Assembly: GCA_021604005.1 (NCBI GenBank)
Contig: BQIV01000007.1
Span: 28,629-92,628, forward strand
Reading direction: 5' to 3'
Length of the DNA stretch: 64,000 bases
Source: Nitrospirales bacterium
GTDB lineage: Bacteria; Nitrospirota; Nitrospiria; Nitrospirales; UBA8639
Notes under the pieces: generated by a model
Told to the model about the DNA's origin: nothing
Databases searched by the model: none
The model's input: only the letters and a program-made list of their open reading frames with translations
Made by a program: the position numbers and the translations under genes
In this document: positions 48,310-57,981 of the stretch, one piece after another
How positions within the stretch are numbered: position 1 is the stretch's first letter
Layout of the letters: each line of letters opens with the position of its first letter

Positions 48310-49920
48310 TCATAGCACGGCCGATTCCTGATATGTGCCGAAGACTTCTTTGAGTGCTACACAAATTTCACCTAATGTGGCCCGTGCTTTCACGGCATCA
48401 ATCAGATACGGCATGAGATTTCGTCTGGTTGTTGCTGCCTGTTGAACAGCTTGCAGAACCTCCGTCACTTTCGCGCAATCGCGACGGGTACGGAGCGAGG
48501 TTAATCGCTCGAGTTGGGTGTTTTCGCTTTCCTCGCTAATCCGTAAAAGAGGGATGGAGTGGTACTTCTCTTCAGTATAGTCATTGACTCCGACGATGAT
48601 GCGTTCCCGTTTGTCCACTTCACGTTGGTAGCGCTGGGAGGCCTCGAGAATTTCGCGTTGTGGAAATCCTTCTTCGATGGCGTTCAGCATGCCTCCCATT
48701 GCATCAAGTTTCTGAAAATACTCTCGTGCGCCTTCCTCCATCTGATTCGTCAGCTGTTCGATAAAGTACGAACCCGCCAGGGGATCGACGGTGTTTGCGA
48801 CTTCGCTTTCATGGGCGATGATCTGCTGGGTTCGCAAGGCTAAGGTGACAGCGTTTTGTGTCGGGAGAGACAAGGTTTCATCCATTGAATTCGTATGCAA
48901 GGATTGGGTTCCGCCGAGAATTGCGGCAAGCGCCTGCAATGTCGTGCGGACGATATTGTTCATAGGTTGCTGAGCGGTGAGTGAACAGCCGGCGGTTTGA
49001 GCATGGCAGCGAAGCCGGAGAGATTGTGGGTTTTGGGGGTGATACCGCTTTTCCATTTCTCGTGCCCACAATCGTCGTGCTGCGCGGAACTTTGCAATTT
49101 CTTCGAAGAAGTCATTGTGGGAATTGAAAAAGAAGGACAGTTGGGGAGCAAAGGCGTCAACCTGGAGTCCGACGTTGACCGCGGCATCCACATAGGTGAG
49201 TCCGTCATAGAGCGTAAAGGCGAGTTCCTGCACCGCGGTGGAACCAGCCTCGCGGATGTGATAGCCACTGATGCTGATTGGATGCCATGTTGGTACGTGT
49301 TCACTGCAATAGGCAATGGTATCGGTGATCAATCGAAGATGGGGTTCCGGTGGGAACAACCATTCCTTCTGCGCGATATATTCTTTCAGAATGTCATTTT
49401 GAAGTGTGCCGTCGAGTTGATCGCTCGGTATTCCGCGTCGCTCGGCGACGGCCAAGTACATGGCGAACAGGATAGCGGCAGGGCCGTTAATTGTCATGGA
49501 GGTGGTGACCTGATCAAGAGGAATGTCATCGAAGAGACGTTCCATATCCTCGAGAGACGAAACGGCGACTCCGCAATAGCCGACCTCTCCTCGTGCGCGT
49601 GGATCATCGGAGTCTAATCCCATAAGCGTTGGCATATCAAAAGCAACGCTTAGGCCCGTTTGACCTTGGCTCAGTAAGTATTTGAAACGAGCATTCGTGT
49701 CACTCGCCGTTCCAAATCCAGCGAATTGACGCATCGTCCAGAGTCGACCGCGATACATGGTGGGATAGATGCCTCGTGTATACGGAAATTCTCCTGGTAC
49801 TCCCAGCTGGTGTTCTGGATCCCAATCCTTGAGGTCATCCTTCGTGTAGAGACGAGCAACGGGTAGTCCAGACAGTGAGACGAATGGGTTTTTTCGCTCT
49901 TGCGTCTCGCGCATCATCAT
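48310..49920 (-). CDS. Acyl-CoA mutase large (catalytic) subunit, isobutyryl-CoA-mutase-type signature
   Basis: [64 protein letters not shown] and [12 protein letters not shown]. Confidence 0.9.
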   Translation of the reverse strand: MMMRETQERKNPFVSLSGLPVARLYTKDDLKDWDPEHQLGVPGEFPYTRGIYPTMYRGRLWTMRQFAGFGTASDTNARFKYLLSQGQTGLSVAFDMPTLMGLDSDDPRARGEVGYCGVAVSSLEDMERLFDDIPLDQVTTSMTINGPAAILFAMYLAVAERRGIPSDQLDGTLQNDILKEYIAQKEWLFPPEPHLRLITDTIAYCSEHVPTWHPISISGYHIREAGSTAVQELAFTLYDGLTYVDAAVNVGLQVDAFAPQLSFFFNSHNDFFEEIAKFRAARRLWAREMEKRYHPQNPQSLRLRCHAQTAGCSLTAQQPMNNIVRTTLQALAAILGGTQSLHTNSMDETLSLPTQNAVTLALRTQQIIAHESEVANTVDPLAGSYFIEQLTNQMEEGAREYFQKLDAMGGMLNAIEEGFPQREILEASQRYQREVDKRERIIVGVNDYTEEKYHSIPLLRISEESENTQLERLTSLRTRRDCAKVTEVLQAVQQAATTRRNLMPYLIDAVKARATLGEICVALKEVFGTYQESAVL

Positions 49921-50000
49921 ACTCCCTTAGACGACGTTTTCACTTACTGTCTGTCTGTTGAAACTCGGATGTCTGTTCATGTGGCGCTCTTTTCGAACAA

Positions 50001-50861
50001 TCATTGATGCTGATAAAAGCCTCTTCCTGATTTCCGTCCTAGCCATTCCGCCTCGACGTATTTTCGAAGGAGCGGGCAAGGCCGGAACTTCGGGTCACCA
50101 AGATCCTGGTGCAGGACTTCGCAGATAGAGAGCACGGTGTCCAACCCGATGCGATCCGCTAATGCCAATGGACCCATGGGATGATTCGTGCCGCACACCA
50201 TGGCTGTGTCGATGGCTTCGGCTGTGGCCACCCCTTCGGCAAAGGCAAAAATCGCCTCATTGATCATCGGCATGAGTATTCTATTCACGATGAAGCCCGG
50301 TGAGTCATTGGACTCAACAGGAATTTTCCCCATGTGTTTTGCGAGGTCTGAGAGGAGCGTCACCGTTTCATGAGTGGTTCTGAGTCCGCGAGTTATTTCG
50401 ACTAACCTCATCACGGGCACTGGATTCATGAAATGCATGCCGGCGACCAATTCATCTCGACCCGCTGCCGCTCCTAATTTGGTGATCGAGATGGAGGAGG
50501 TATTACTCGCGAGAATCACGTCTGGTTTACAGACCCTTCCAAGTTCCCAGAAGAGTCTCGATTTGAGATCGGGTTTCTCAGGGATCGCTTCGATGACGAG
50601 CTGGACATCAGTGATATCCCCAAAAGATTGGGTGGTCCGTATCCGTTTCAAGGCTTGATCGGCTTCTTGGGGCGACGTCAGTTCCTCTTGAACTTGCTTG
50701 TCGAAGCCTTTTTGGATCCGGGCCATGGCGGTATCAAGAGCAGTTGTATTGGAATCATTGACCAGTACATCCCAGCCGGCTTTTGCCGAAACCAGTGCAA
50801 TCCCGACTCCCATCTGACCGGCTCCGACGACACCGATGGTTTGTATATTTTGGAGATGCAT
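50001..50861 (-). CDS. hbd: 3-hydroxybutyryl-CoA dehydrogenase
   Basis: IGVVGAGQMGVGIA, SNTSSISIT, HFMNPVPVM.LVE and PGFIVNRIL. The track start at 50912 is also possible. Confidence 0.88.
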   Translation of the reverse strand: MHLQNIQTIGVVGAGQMGVGIALVSAKAGWDVLVNDSNTTALDTAMARIQKGFDKQVQEELTSPQEADQALKRIRTTQSFGDITDVQLVIEAIPEKPDLKSRLFWELGRVCKPDVILASNTSSISITKLGAAAGRDELVAGMHFMNPVPVMRLVEITRGLRTTHETVTLLSDLAKHMGKIPVESNDSPGFIVNRILMPMINEAIFAFAEGVATAEAIDTAMVCGTNHPMGPLALADRIGLDTVLSICEVLHQDLGDPKFRPCPLLRKYVEAEWLGRKSGRGFYQHQ

Positions 50862-50945
50862 ATGCCTCTTCCCCGATTCACATGATGGACGTTCAAAGGT
50901 TTTCAAACTCAATGTGTCATGTGGCTTGCGACCTCAACTGAGTGT

Positions 50946-52136
50946 CTATGTCATGCGTTCGATTAACACCGCTAAGGCTTCGCCACCCCCAATACAGAGG
51001 CCCGCCATGCCCAACCGGCCTCCTGTGGTCTCCAGCGCATGGACTAAGGTCGTTAAGATTCTGGCCCCTGTAGCGCCGATCGGATGTCCCAGAGCCACGG
51101 CGCCCCCATTCACGTTTACTTTTGCCGGATCCAAGTGCAACTCTCGGTTGATCGCTAACGCCACGGAACTAAACGCTTCATTTATTTCGAACAAGTCTAT
51201 AGCATCGATTGGACAATCCGTCTGTTTCAGAACTTTTCGAATAGCCTCGACCGGTGCGATGGTAAACCACTCTGGTGCGAGTGCTGCACCGGCATAGCCC
51301 ACGATTCTGGCCATGGGTTTGATTCCATGACGATCAGCCTCTTCTTTCTCCATCAGCACTAAGGCAGCGGCGCCGTCGTTACACGACGGAGAATTGCCGA
51401 CTGTTAACACGCCGTTTTCTTGGAATACGGGTTGCAAAGTTGTGAGTTTGTTCAAATCAACGCGATTGGGCTCCTCATCTTCAATCACGATGAGTGGGTT
51501 GTTTTTTTTCTGCGGGACTTCTACGGGCACGATTTCTTGTTTAAACATATCGGATGCAATCGCCGTCCGCGCTCGTCGATAACTTTCGAGTGTAAACTCA
51601 TCCAGCTCTTCCCGGGTTAGGTGATATGTGGAAGCGCACAGTTCCCCGGCATTACCCATATGGAAATTGTTGTACACATCCCAAAGCCCATCCTTCACCA
51701 GACTATCGATGACTTCTCCATGACCGAGGCGGTAACCTTGCCTGGCCCTGGTGAGGAGGTAGGGCGCGCCTGTCATGCTTTCCATGCCGCCAGCCACGAG
51801 TATGGAGGCTTCGCCCAAGCGGATGGCCTGAGTGGCCATGATGACCGTCATGAGGCTTGAGCCACACACTTTGTTGACGGTCGTGGCTCCGACGGAATTC
51901 GGAAGCCCCGCGCCCAGTGCTGCTTGACGGGCTGGAGCCTGACCAAGGCCAGCGGCCAAGACGCAGCCCATGAATACCTCATCAACGAGGTCTCCAGACA
52001 GGTTCACGCGTTTGAGGGCCTCGGCGATGACCACGCTGCCGAGCTTGGTTGCGGGAATGGTACGAAATGCCCCGTTAAAGCTTCCCATGGGAGTTCGGAC
52101 AGCACTGACAATGACCGCGTCTTTGGGTTCCTTCAT
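50946..52136 (-). CDS. Acetyl-CoA acetyltransferase (thiolase II)
   Basis: VNKVCGSSL (active-site Cys), NEAFSSV, NVNGGAVALGHPIGATG and LCIGGGEA. Confidence 0.92.
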   Translation of the reverse strand: MKEPKDAVIVSAVRTPMGSFNGAFRTIPATKLGSVVIAEALKRVNLSGDLVDEVFMGCVLAAGLGQAPARQAALGAGLPNSVGATTVNKVCGSSLMTVIMATQAIRLGEASILVAGGMESMTGAPYLLTRARQGYRLGHGEVIDSLVKDGLWDVYNNFHMGNAGELCASTYHLTREELDEFTLESYRRARTAIASDMFKQEIVPVEVPQKKNNPLIVIEDEEPNRVDLNKLTTLQPVFQENGVLTVGNSPSCNDGAAALVLMEKEEADRHGIKPMARIVGYAGAALAPEWFTIAPVEAIRKVLKQTDCPIDAIDLFEINEAFSSVALAINRELHLDPAKVNVNGGAVALGHPIGATGARILTTLVHALETTGGRLGMAGLCIGGGEALAVLIERMT

Positions 52137-53305
52137 AAGCTAATTTCCTCTTGTTCGTGTTCTAGCTCATCCTTCAGCTTAGACATAAATCGGTCTGCTG
52201 TCGCACCATCAATCACCCGATGGTCAAATGAAAGACTCAGATAGCCCATAGGGCGGATGACAATAGTGTCATCGATGACTACCGCTCGTTTTTGGATCGC
52301 TCCAACTCCTAGAATGGCGATCTGAGGCTGATGAATAATCGGTGTGCTGAAGAGACTCCCGGTTCCACCATGGTTGGTGATGCTGAATGTGCCTCCCTGA
52401 ACCTCCTCCGGCCGCAGTTGCTTGTTCCGGGCCCGGTAGGCCAAGTCAGCAATTTCCTTGCTCAAGGCCGTCAGGTCCTTTTGATCGGCATGCTGAATCA
52501 CCGGAACCAGCAATCCGTCATCCAGTGCGACAGCGATACCGATATGAATTTCTTGCTTCATCACAATGCCCGTATCGGACCAAGAAGAATTAAGAATAGG
52601 ATAGGCGTGTATGGCTTGCGTCACGCCTTTGATCACGAATGGTAAGTACGTCAGGCGTTGGCGCTGCCGGACGTGTTCGAGTGAGGAGAAGTCCATTTCA
52701 AAGAAGGTGACAACATGAGCTGAGATCTGCCGACTCTGCACCATTCGCTCGGCGATGGTCTGTCGCATCGGAGTGAGTGGGACGATCTCTTCGTGAATCG
52801 GGGCTGTTCGATGGCCGGCTCCGTCTTTCTCTGAATCCAAGGTGACCGAGGGAGCGCATTCTTGTTTTGCGAGATAATTCAGAACATCCTTTTTGGTGAT
52901 CCGGCCCCCAGTCCCTGTTCCTGTCACTTGAGTCAGGTCCACGGCATGCTCTTTGGCGAGTTGCCGAACGGCTGGTGATGGATGCTCTGCACCGGGGCTG
53001 CTCATGCTTGCAGGTGGTGCAATCGTTCGAGCATCTTGATCAACAGCGACATGGTTCTCATTCGTGGTTTGACTGTCCAATCGCGCAAGAAGAGTCCCCA
53101 CCGGAACAGTTTCCCCTTCCTGAGTAAGAATTTCCGTAAGGGAGCCCGTTGCGGGAGAGGGGACTTCCAGCGCCACCTTGTCTGTTTCTACTTCCAACAG
53201 GGACTGGTCCTTCTCAACCTGACCTCCTTGGGGAATCAGCCATTTGACGACGGTTCCTTCGGCAACACTTTCCCCTAATTGAGGCATGATGATGTCAGTC
53301 GTCAC
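52133..53305 (-). CDS. Dihydrolipoamide acyltransferase (E2) of a branched-chain 2-oxoacid dehydrogenase
   Basis: Lipoyl domain LLEVETDKVALEVPSP, an E3/E1-binding segment SPAVRQLAKEH.VDL and the catalytic DHRVIDG. Confidence 0.9.
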   Translation of the reverse strand: MTTDIIMPQLGESVAEGTVVKWLIPQGGQVEKDQSLLEVETDKVALEVPSPATGSLTEILTQEGETVPVGTLLARLDSQTTNENHVAVDQDARTIAPPASMSSPGAEHPSPAVRQLAKEHAVDLTQVTGTGTGGRITKKDVLNYLAKQECAPSVTLDSEKDGAGHRTAPIHEEIVPLTPMRQTIAERMVQSRQISAHVVTFFEMDFSSLEHVRQRQRLTYLPFVIKGVTQAIHAYPILNSSWSDTGIVMKQEIHIGIAVALDDGLLVPVIQHADQKDLTALSKEIADLAYRARNKQLRPEEVQGGTFSITNHGGTGSLFSTPIIHQPQIAILGVGAIQKRAVVIDDTIVIRPMGYLSLSFDHRVIDGATADRFMSKLKDELEHEQEEISL

Positions 53306-53327
53306 GGATCCTCCTCCTTAGGTTCAC

Positions 53328-54320
53328 TCAATAGGCGACCAGTTGTCTTGCAGCGGCAATCACATCGCGCGCTTTAGGGAGAAAGAACTCTTCGAGTGGA
53401 GGACTGTAGGGGACTGGAGTGTCTGGAGCCGCGATGCGTAGAATCGGAGCGTCCAACGAACTAAAACATTCTTCTGCGAGTAGCGCGGAAATCTCCGCTC
53501 CGATTCCACCAGTTTTGGTGGCTTCGTGCAGGACGATCACTTTGCTAGTCTTTCCAACCGAGTCCACAATCGTGTGTCTGTCCAAAGGGCTCAACGTCCG
53601 AAGATCCACGACTTCCAGATCGATGCCTTCTTGATCCAACTGCTCTGCTGCCTCAAGGGCGATATGCACCATGGCTCCGTATGTGATCACGGAAAGGTCA
53701 CGTCCTTTCCGTTTAATCTCGGCTTCGCCGATAGGCACGAAAAAGTCTTCCGGAGGGAGTGTTTCCTTGACTCGGCGATACAAAAATTTATGCTCAAAAT
53801 ACAGGACCGGGTTGTTGTCTCTGATGGCCGACTTTAAGAGGCCTTTGGCATCGTAAGCCGTTGATGGGGCCACGAGCTTGAGTCCTGGTGTGTGGAAGAA
53901 CCAGGCTTCAGGACAAACGGAGTGAAAGGGACCGCCATGGACACCTCCACCATATGGAGCGCGGATAACCATGGGAACGGCTGCGCCCCAACGATAGTGG
54001 TTTTTGGCTGCCATTTCCGTAATTTGATCGAACGCGCAGGAAATGAAGTCGGCAAATTGCATCTCGACGATGGGCCTCATCCCCATCATGGCTGCTCCGA
54101 TAGCCGCACCCACGATTCCGGATTCCGACAACGGCGTATCGAAGACCCGCCATTCACCATATTTTTCTTGGAACCCTTCGGTAATTCGAAACGCCCCTCC
54201 GTAGGGGCCAATGTCTTCGCCTAAGAGAAACACGCGTTCGTCCTGGCTCATTTCTTCGTCAAGCGCTTCCGAAATAGCTTCAAGGTACGTGACTTCATGT
54301 GCTACGGCTGTGGTCATCAT
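53328..54320 (-). CDS. 2-oxoisovalerate dehydrogenase E1 beta subunit
   Basis: LGEDIG.YGGAF..T.G....G..RV.DTP.SE and PYGGG.HGG.FHS. A 4-nt overlap joins it to the E1 alpha gene. Confidence 0.92.
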   Translation of the reverse strand: MMTTAVAHEVTYLEAISEALDEEMSQDERVFLLGEDIGPYGGAFRITEGFQEKYGEWRVFDTPLSESGIVGAAIGAAMMGMRPIVEMQFADFISCAFDQITEMAAKNHYRWGAAVPMVIRAPYGGGVHGGPFHSVCPEAWFFHTPGLKLVAPSTAYDAKGLLKSAIRDNNPVLYFEHKFLYRRVKETLPPEDFFVPIGEAEIKRKGRDLSVITYGAMVHIALEAAEQLDQEGIDLEVVDLRTLSPLDRHTIVDSVGKTSKVIVLHEATKTGGIGAEISALLAEECFSSLDAPILRIAAPDTPVPYSPPLEEFFLPKARDVIAAARQLVAY

Positions 54321-55300
54321 GCCAGCACCTCCACAAGAGTTTCTGCATAGACCCCTTCGAGTGTTTCCGGTCCCTCGGGAAGAGGGCTTTGTTCAGCGAA
54401 TTCAACGGCGGCTTCAATGTCTTTTTCGACTCGCTTCCTCACCTCGAGCAACTCGACATCATCGACATATCCCAATTGTTTCAAGCTCTGTTCGGCTTTC
54501 AGGATAGGATCTTTTTTCTTCCATTCCTCGAGCAATTCACGGGGGACGTATTTGGCCGAGTCATGTTCCGAGTGCCCGTGCATGCGCATGGTCTTGCATT
54601 CGATGAACGTGGGGCCTCCTCCTGCTCTAGCTCGTTGAATGGCAGATTGGGCCATCAGATAGATAGCGGCCACGTCGTTGCCATCGACAATCTCCCCGGG
54701 TATCGCATAGGCCTTGGCTCGTTCCACCACGTCTTGAATGGCCATTTGGTGGTGCAGCGGAGTGGAATAGGCATATTGGTTGTTGTTGCAGAAGAAGATC
54801 ACTGGGAGTTTGCGTACGGAGGCCAAATTCAGGGCTTCATGGAAATCGCCACGGCTGGTTCCTCCATCACCTGTGTTGGTCACGACCACGCGAGATTCTC
54901 CTCGGAGCTTGAACGCCAGTGCGGCCCCCACGGCAACCGGCAGGTTATCGGCCAGATGACTCACAAACGCAAAAATTCCGCGATTGAGATCTCCGAGATG
55001 GACGTTCCCATCTTTGCCTTTCGTTGGGCCCGTCCGCTTTCCCAGGTATTGGGCCACAATTTCTCCTGGGGTGATGCCTCGAACCAGAAATGCCCCCATG
55101 TCGCGGTGAAATGGAGCGGCAATGTCATCCGATTGCAGAGCACAGGCATAGCCTACCGAGATGGCTTCCATGCCATGACTGGTGTACACGCCGCCGGCGA
55201 TACGGCCTTGGCGATATAGCACGGTGACCCGCTCTTCTACCGCACGGGTTAATAGAAGGTAATAGTAGAGTTGGAGGAATTCAGGTTTTGAAATCTCCAT
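54317..55300 (-). CDS. 2-oxoisovalerate dehydrogenase E1 alpha subunit (TPP-binding)
   Basis: GDGGTSRGDFHEALN.A (TPP motif) and CNNNQYA.STP. I prefer ATG 55300 with a strong SD (aaaggagg) over the track start at 55375. Confidence 0.9.
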   Translation of the reverse strand: MEISKPEFLQLYYYLLLTRAVEERVTVLYRQGRIAGGVYTSHGMEAISVGYACALQSDDIAAPFHRDMGAFLVRGITPGEIVAQYLGKRTGPTKGKDGNVHLGDLNRGIFAFVSHLADNLPVAVGAALAFKLRGESRVVVTNTGDGGTSRGDFHEALNLASVRKLPVIFFCNNNQYAYSTPLHHQMAIQDVVERAKAYAIPGEIVDGNDVAAIYLMAQSAIQRARAGGGPTFIECKTMRMHGHSEHDSAKYVPRELLEEWKKKDPILKAEQSLKQLGYVDDVELLEVRKRVEKDIEAAVEFAEQSPLPEGPETLEGVYAETLVEVLA

Positions 55301-55393
55301 GAGAAACCTCCTTTGGGGGAGTGAACAGTAGAAAGTAAGGGATACCAAGCAAGACAAAGAAAGCGATATCCTCATTTGTTCCTTTTTGAATCG

Positions 55394-55777
55394 TTAGGAG
55401 ATTGACGGCTCCTTTGTTGGATTGAGGATAATAAGAGTCCCTTTCATGATGGGATGCAGGCGACAATGATAGGGGTATATTCCTGGTTTCAGGTTATACA
55501 TGCCAAATCGTGCGTTGGCTGCCAAGGGACCTGAATCAAAGGCGCAGGGTGTATCCGTTAGGCATCCATCATGCGTAATTGTATGTGGAGACGCTGTTTC
55601 ATTTACCCACTCCACGGGTTGATGAGCGTAGGTAGTTCCCGTGACGGGTGAGTAGTAGGGAGCGAATCCATTTAACTCAATGCGGTAGACAGAAGACATT
55701 GGAGCGACGGGTGTTGCAATAATGAACGTACTCAGTGCAACGAGTAAGGTTGCTATTAATATTTGCCAACGTTTCAT
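55394..55777 (-). CDS. Type-1 (blue) copper protein, amicyanin-like cupredoxin with a signal peptide
   Basis: MKRWQILIATLLVALSTFIIA (signal), PHTITH (N-terminal His ligand) and YHCRLHPIMKG, which has C-x2-H-x2-M spacing as in amicyanin YHCTPHPFM. I prefer ATG 55777. Confidence 0.75.
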   Translation of the reverse strand: MKRWQILIATLLVALSTFIIATPVAPMSSVYRIELNGFAPYYSPVTGTTYAHQPVEWVNETASPHTITHDGCLTDTPCAFDSGPLAANARFGMYNLKPGIYPYHCRLHPIMKGTLIILNPTKEPSIS

Positions 55778-55940
55778 GTAAGAACCTCGTGGCTGTGTTA
55801 AACGAATTCCAGTCGGCGTGCTTTCTCGTTCTATCCAAAAACCTTCGAGATAATCCAAGGTCTGCTCCACACCGCTTTTTAATTCTTCATGAACGTCCAG
55901 ATCTTTTCCTGGTTTCGTGCTAGCCCTAGATTAATAAAGA

Positions 55941-56084
55941 ATATTTATTATATTAGCGGTTTCGATAAAGTCATTCAATGAAAAACGCATAGCGATGAGA
56001 CGATTTTTGATAAATATAGCGATAATATTAAAGTTTTTTAAGGATTTTAAGTTAATTGTTATTATTTATTATATAATGATAGAC
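55941..56084. promoter_or_regulatory. AT-rich motif copies in the BCKDH/prp divergent region
   Basis: atatttattatattagcg (55941-55958) and attatttattatataatgatagac (56061-56084). They share ATTTATTATAT, GATAG and ATTATTTATT with 29689-29725. Confidence 0.3.
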
Positions 56085-56584
56085 TGTTATGAGTCCAAGT
56101 GGGTGAATGCCGGTGTGTGAGCTCCTGGTATGGCTGGGCGATGGGTTCATGTTTTGTGTTTCATGTGGAGCCTGCAGTGTTGAATGAGCTGAGAGGGAAT
56201 GAGGAGTGTTTGTTTATTTTAATCTTCGGTAGGGCCATATATGTCGGATAGCGGTGAACGAGAAGATTAATTGATGCAGAACATGGTGAGCCCAATGGCT
56301 GAGATGATGTTCGTATGCCGCGGTAGTGGGCAGTCCATATTGATGGATGAACTCACAGCACAGTATCCATTTTATTTTTTGACGAATGTCTATGCCTCAA
56401 GAGGAGGCATCGGTGTGTCCACTTTCTCAGCGTGGGATGAGACGGTGTTTTCCTGAAACGATATGCGGTTTGTGTCGTGAGAGGCGGTTGCATCGCAGTA
56501 TCACGTGTAACGAAATTCGAAGGCCCGTCAGTTGTTTAACCCATAATCGGAGGACTTGAACTCACCGTTTCCGAGGATCATGTG

Positions 56585-57973
56585 ATGAAGCTCGTTAAAC
56601 GGTTTGCCGACTATGCTGGAGGTCTCACTTTCACGTCACTGCCTCCAGTTGTGGTCCATGAAGTCAAGCGTCGAGTTCTGGATAGCGTGGCTTGCGCCTA
56701 CGGTGCCATGGCCGCGCCTCCCTGTAAGATGGCGAGGCGTATGGCCACATCAATTTCGATGAAAGATGGGGCCACAGTGTGGGGAACTCATCAACGAACC
56801 ACGCCGGATCTTGCCGCGTTTGCAAATGGCAGTTTCGTGCGGTATCTCGATTTTAATGATACGTATCTTTCCAAGGAGCCAGCTCATCCGTCGGATAATA
56901 TTCCTGCCTGCTTATCGGTAGCAGAAAGCGTTCATGCCACCGGGAAACAACTGATAGAAGCGATTCTTCTCGCGTATGAGGTGCAGTGTCGCTTGTGTGA
57001 TGCGGCGGCTCTACGCTCACGAGGTTGGGACCATGTAACGTATGGTGCTTTTTCGACGGCTCTTGGGGCCGCCAAGCTATTAAAGCTTTCGAAAGATAAG
57101 ACCATGCACGCGATGAATCTTGCCGGAATAACTTCGGGAGCCCTTCGACAGACGCGAGTCGGGGAAGTGTCATTGTGGAAAGCCTGTGCGTTTGCCAATT
57201 CGGCAAGGAATGGAATCTTCGCGGCATACGCGGCGCGGGAAGGAATGACAGGGCCTTTAGCTATGTTTGAAGGAGAAAAGGGATTTATGAAGGTCATATC
57301 TGGATCGTTCTCGTTGTCCGAGTTTGGTGGACAACATGACGTTCCTTTTAAAATTTTGGATACCTATATCAAGCCACGTCCCTTGGAGTATCACGCTCAG
57401 ACGGCCGTAGAGGCGGCCTTGAAGGTTCGTGAACGAATTATGGCGGTCCACAACAACCTGAACCCGTCTCAGATTGCCTCAATCGAAGTGGGAAGTTTTG
57501 ATGTTGCGATTGAAATCATTGGCCGGGATCCAGAAAAGTGGCGCCCGCAAACACGTGAGACTGCAGATCATAGTCTTCCGTACTGCGTGGCGGTTGCGCT
57601 TCTTGATGGAACAATTTCTCCACAATCATTTTCCCCAAAGCGGATACGAGAGAAATCGCTGTACGATCTTATCCAGAAAGTTGAAGTCAGAGAAGTCAAA
57701 GAATTCACGGAAGCGTATCCCAACTCCATGCCAAATAACATTCAAGTGAAGATGATTGGGGGAGAAGAGTATTCAGCCGTGGTCGAGTATCCCAGCGGAC
57801 ATCCACAGAGACCGCTGTCTGATCGTGAGTTGGAGTTAAAGTTTCATGCCATAGCTGTACGCAAACTTGAGAGAGGGAAAGTTTTAAAACTGATTGACAT
57901 GGTTTGGACACTTGAAACTCTTAAAGATGTGAGAGCTCTGATCGCGGCGATGCCAGCGGTTTCTGGGCGGTAA
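56585..57973 (+). CDS. prpD: 2-methylcitrate dehydratase (MmgE/PrpD family)
   Basis: 462 aa, with the MmgE/PrpD-type N-terminus LVKRFADYAGGLTFTSLPP.VVHEVKRRVLDS. It sits next to prpB and prpC. The SD (gagga) lies 7 nt before ATG 56585. Confidence 0.85.
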   Translation: MKLVKRFADYAGGLTFTSLPPVVVHEVKRRVLDSVACAYGAMAAPPCKMARRMATSISMKDGATVWGTHQRTTPDLAAFANGSFVRYLDFNDTYLSKEPAHPSDNIPACLSVAESVHATGKQLIEAILLAYEVQCRLCDAAALRSRGWDHVTYGAFSTALGAAKLLKLSKDKTMHAMNLAGITSGALRQTRVGEVSLWKACAFANSARNGIFAAYAAREGMTGPLAMFEGEKGFMKVISGSFSLSEFGGQHDVPFKILDTYIKPRPLEYHAQTAVEAALKVRERIMAVHNNLNPSQIASIEVGSFDVAIEIIGRDPEKWRPQTRETADHSLPYCVAVALLDGTISPQSFSPKRIREKSLYDLIQKVEVREVKEFTEAYPNSMPNNIQVKMIGGEEYSAVVEYPSGHPQRPLSDRELELKFHAIAVRKLERGKVLKLIDMVWTLETLKDVRALIAAMPAVSGR

Positions 57974-57981
57974 AGGTCACA

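Noticed and set aside
54299-55219. Long antisense ORFs inside well-supported genes. Examples: 54299..55219 (306 aa), 48997..49617, 25364..25936, 36193..36819, 30499..31032, 12173..12712, 21401..21937, 28050..28598, 26702..27214, 11022..11501
   Set aside because: Each lies opposite to, or out of frame with, a gene carrying unambiguous enzyme motifs. Their products are low-complexity (Arg/Ser/Pro-rich) with no motifs. This is typical shadow-ORF behaviour.
56271-56456. 61-aa ORF in the 660-bp region upstream of prpD
   Set aside because: Met-rich, with no SD and no motif. The region is more likely regulatory DNA.
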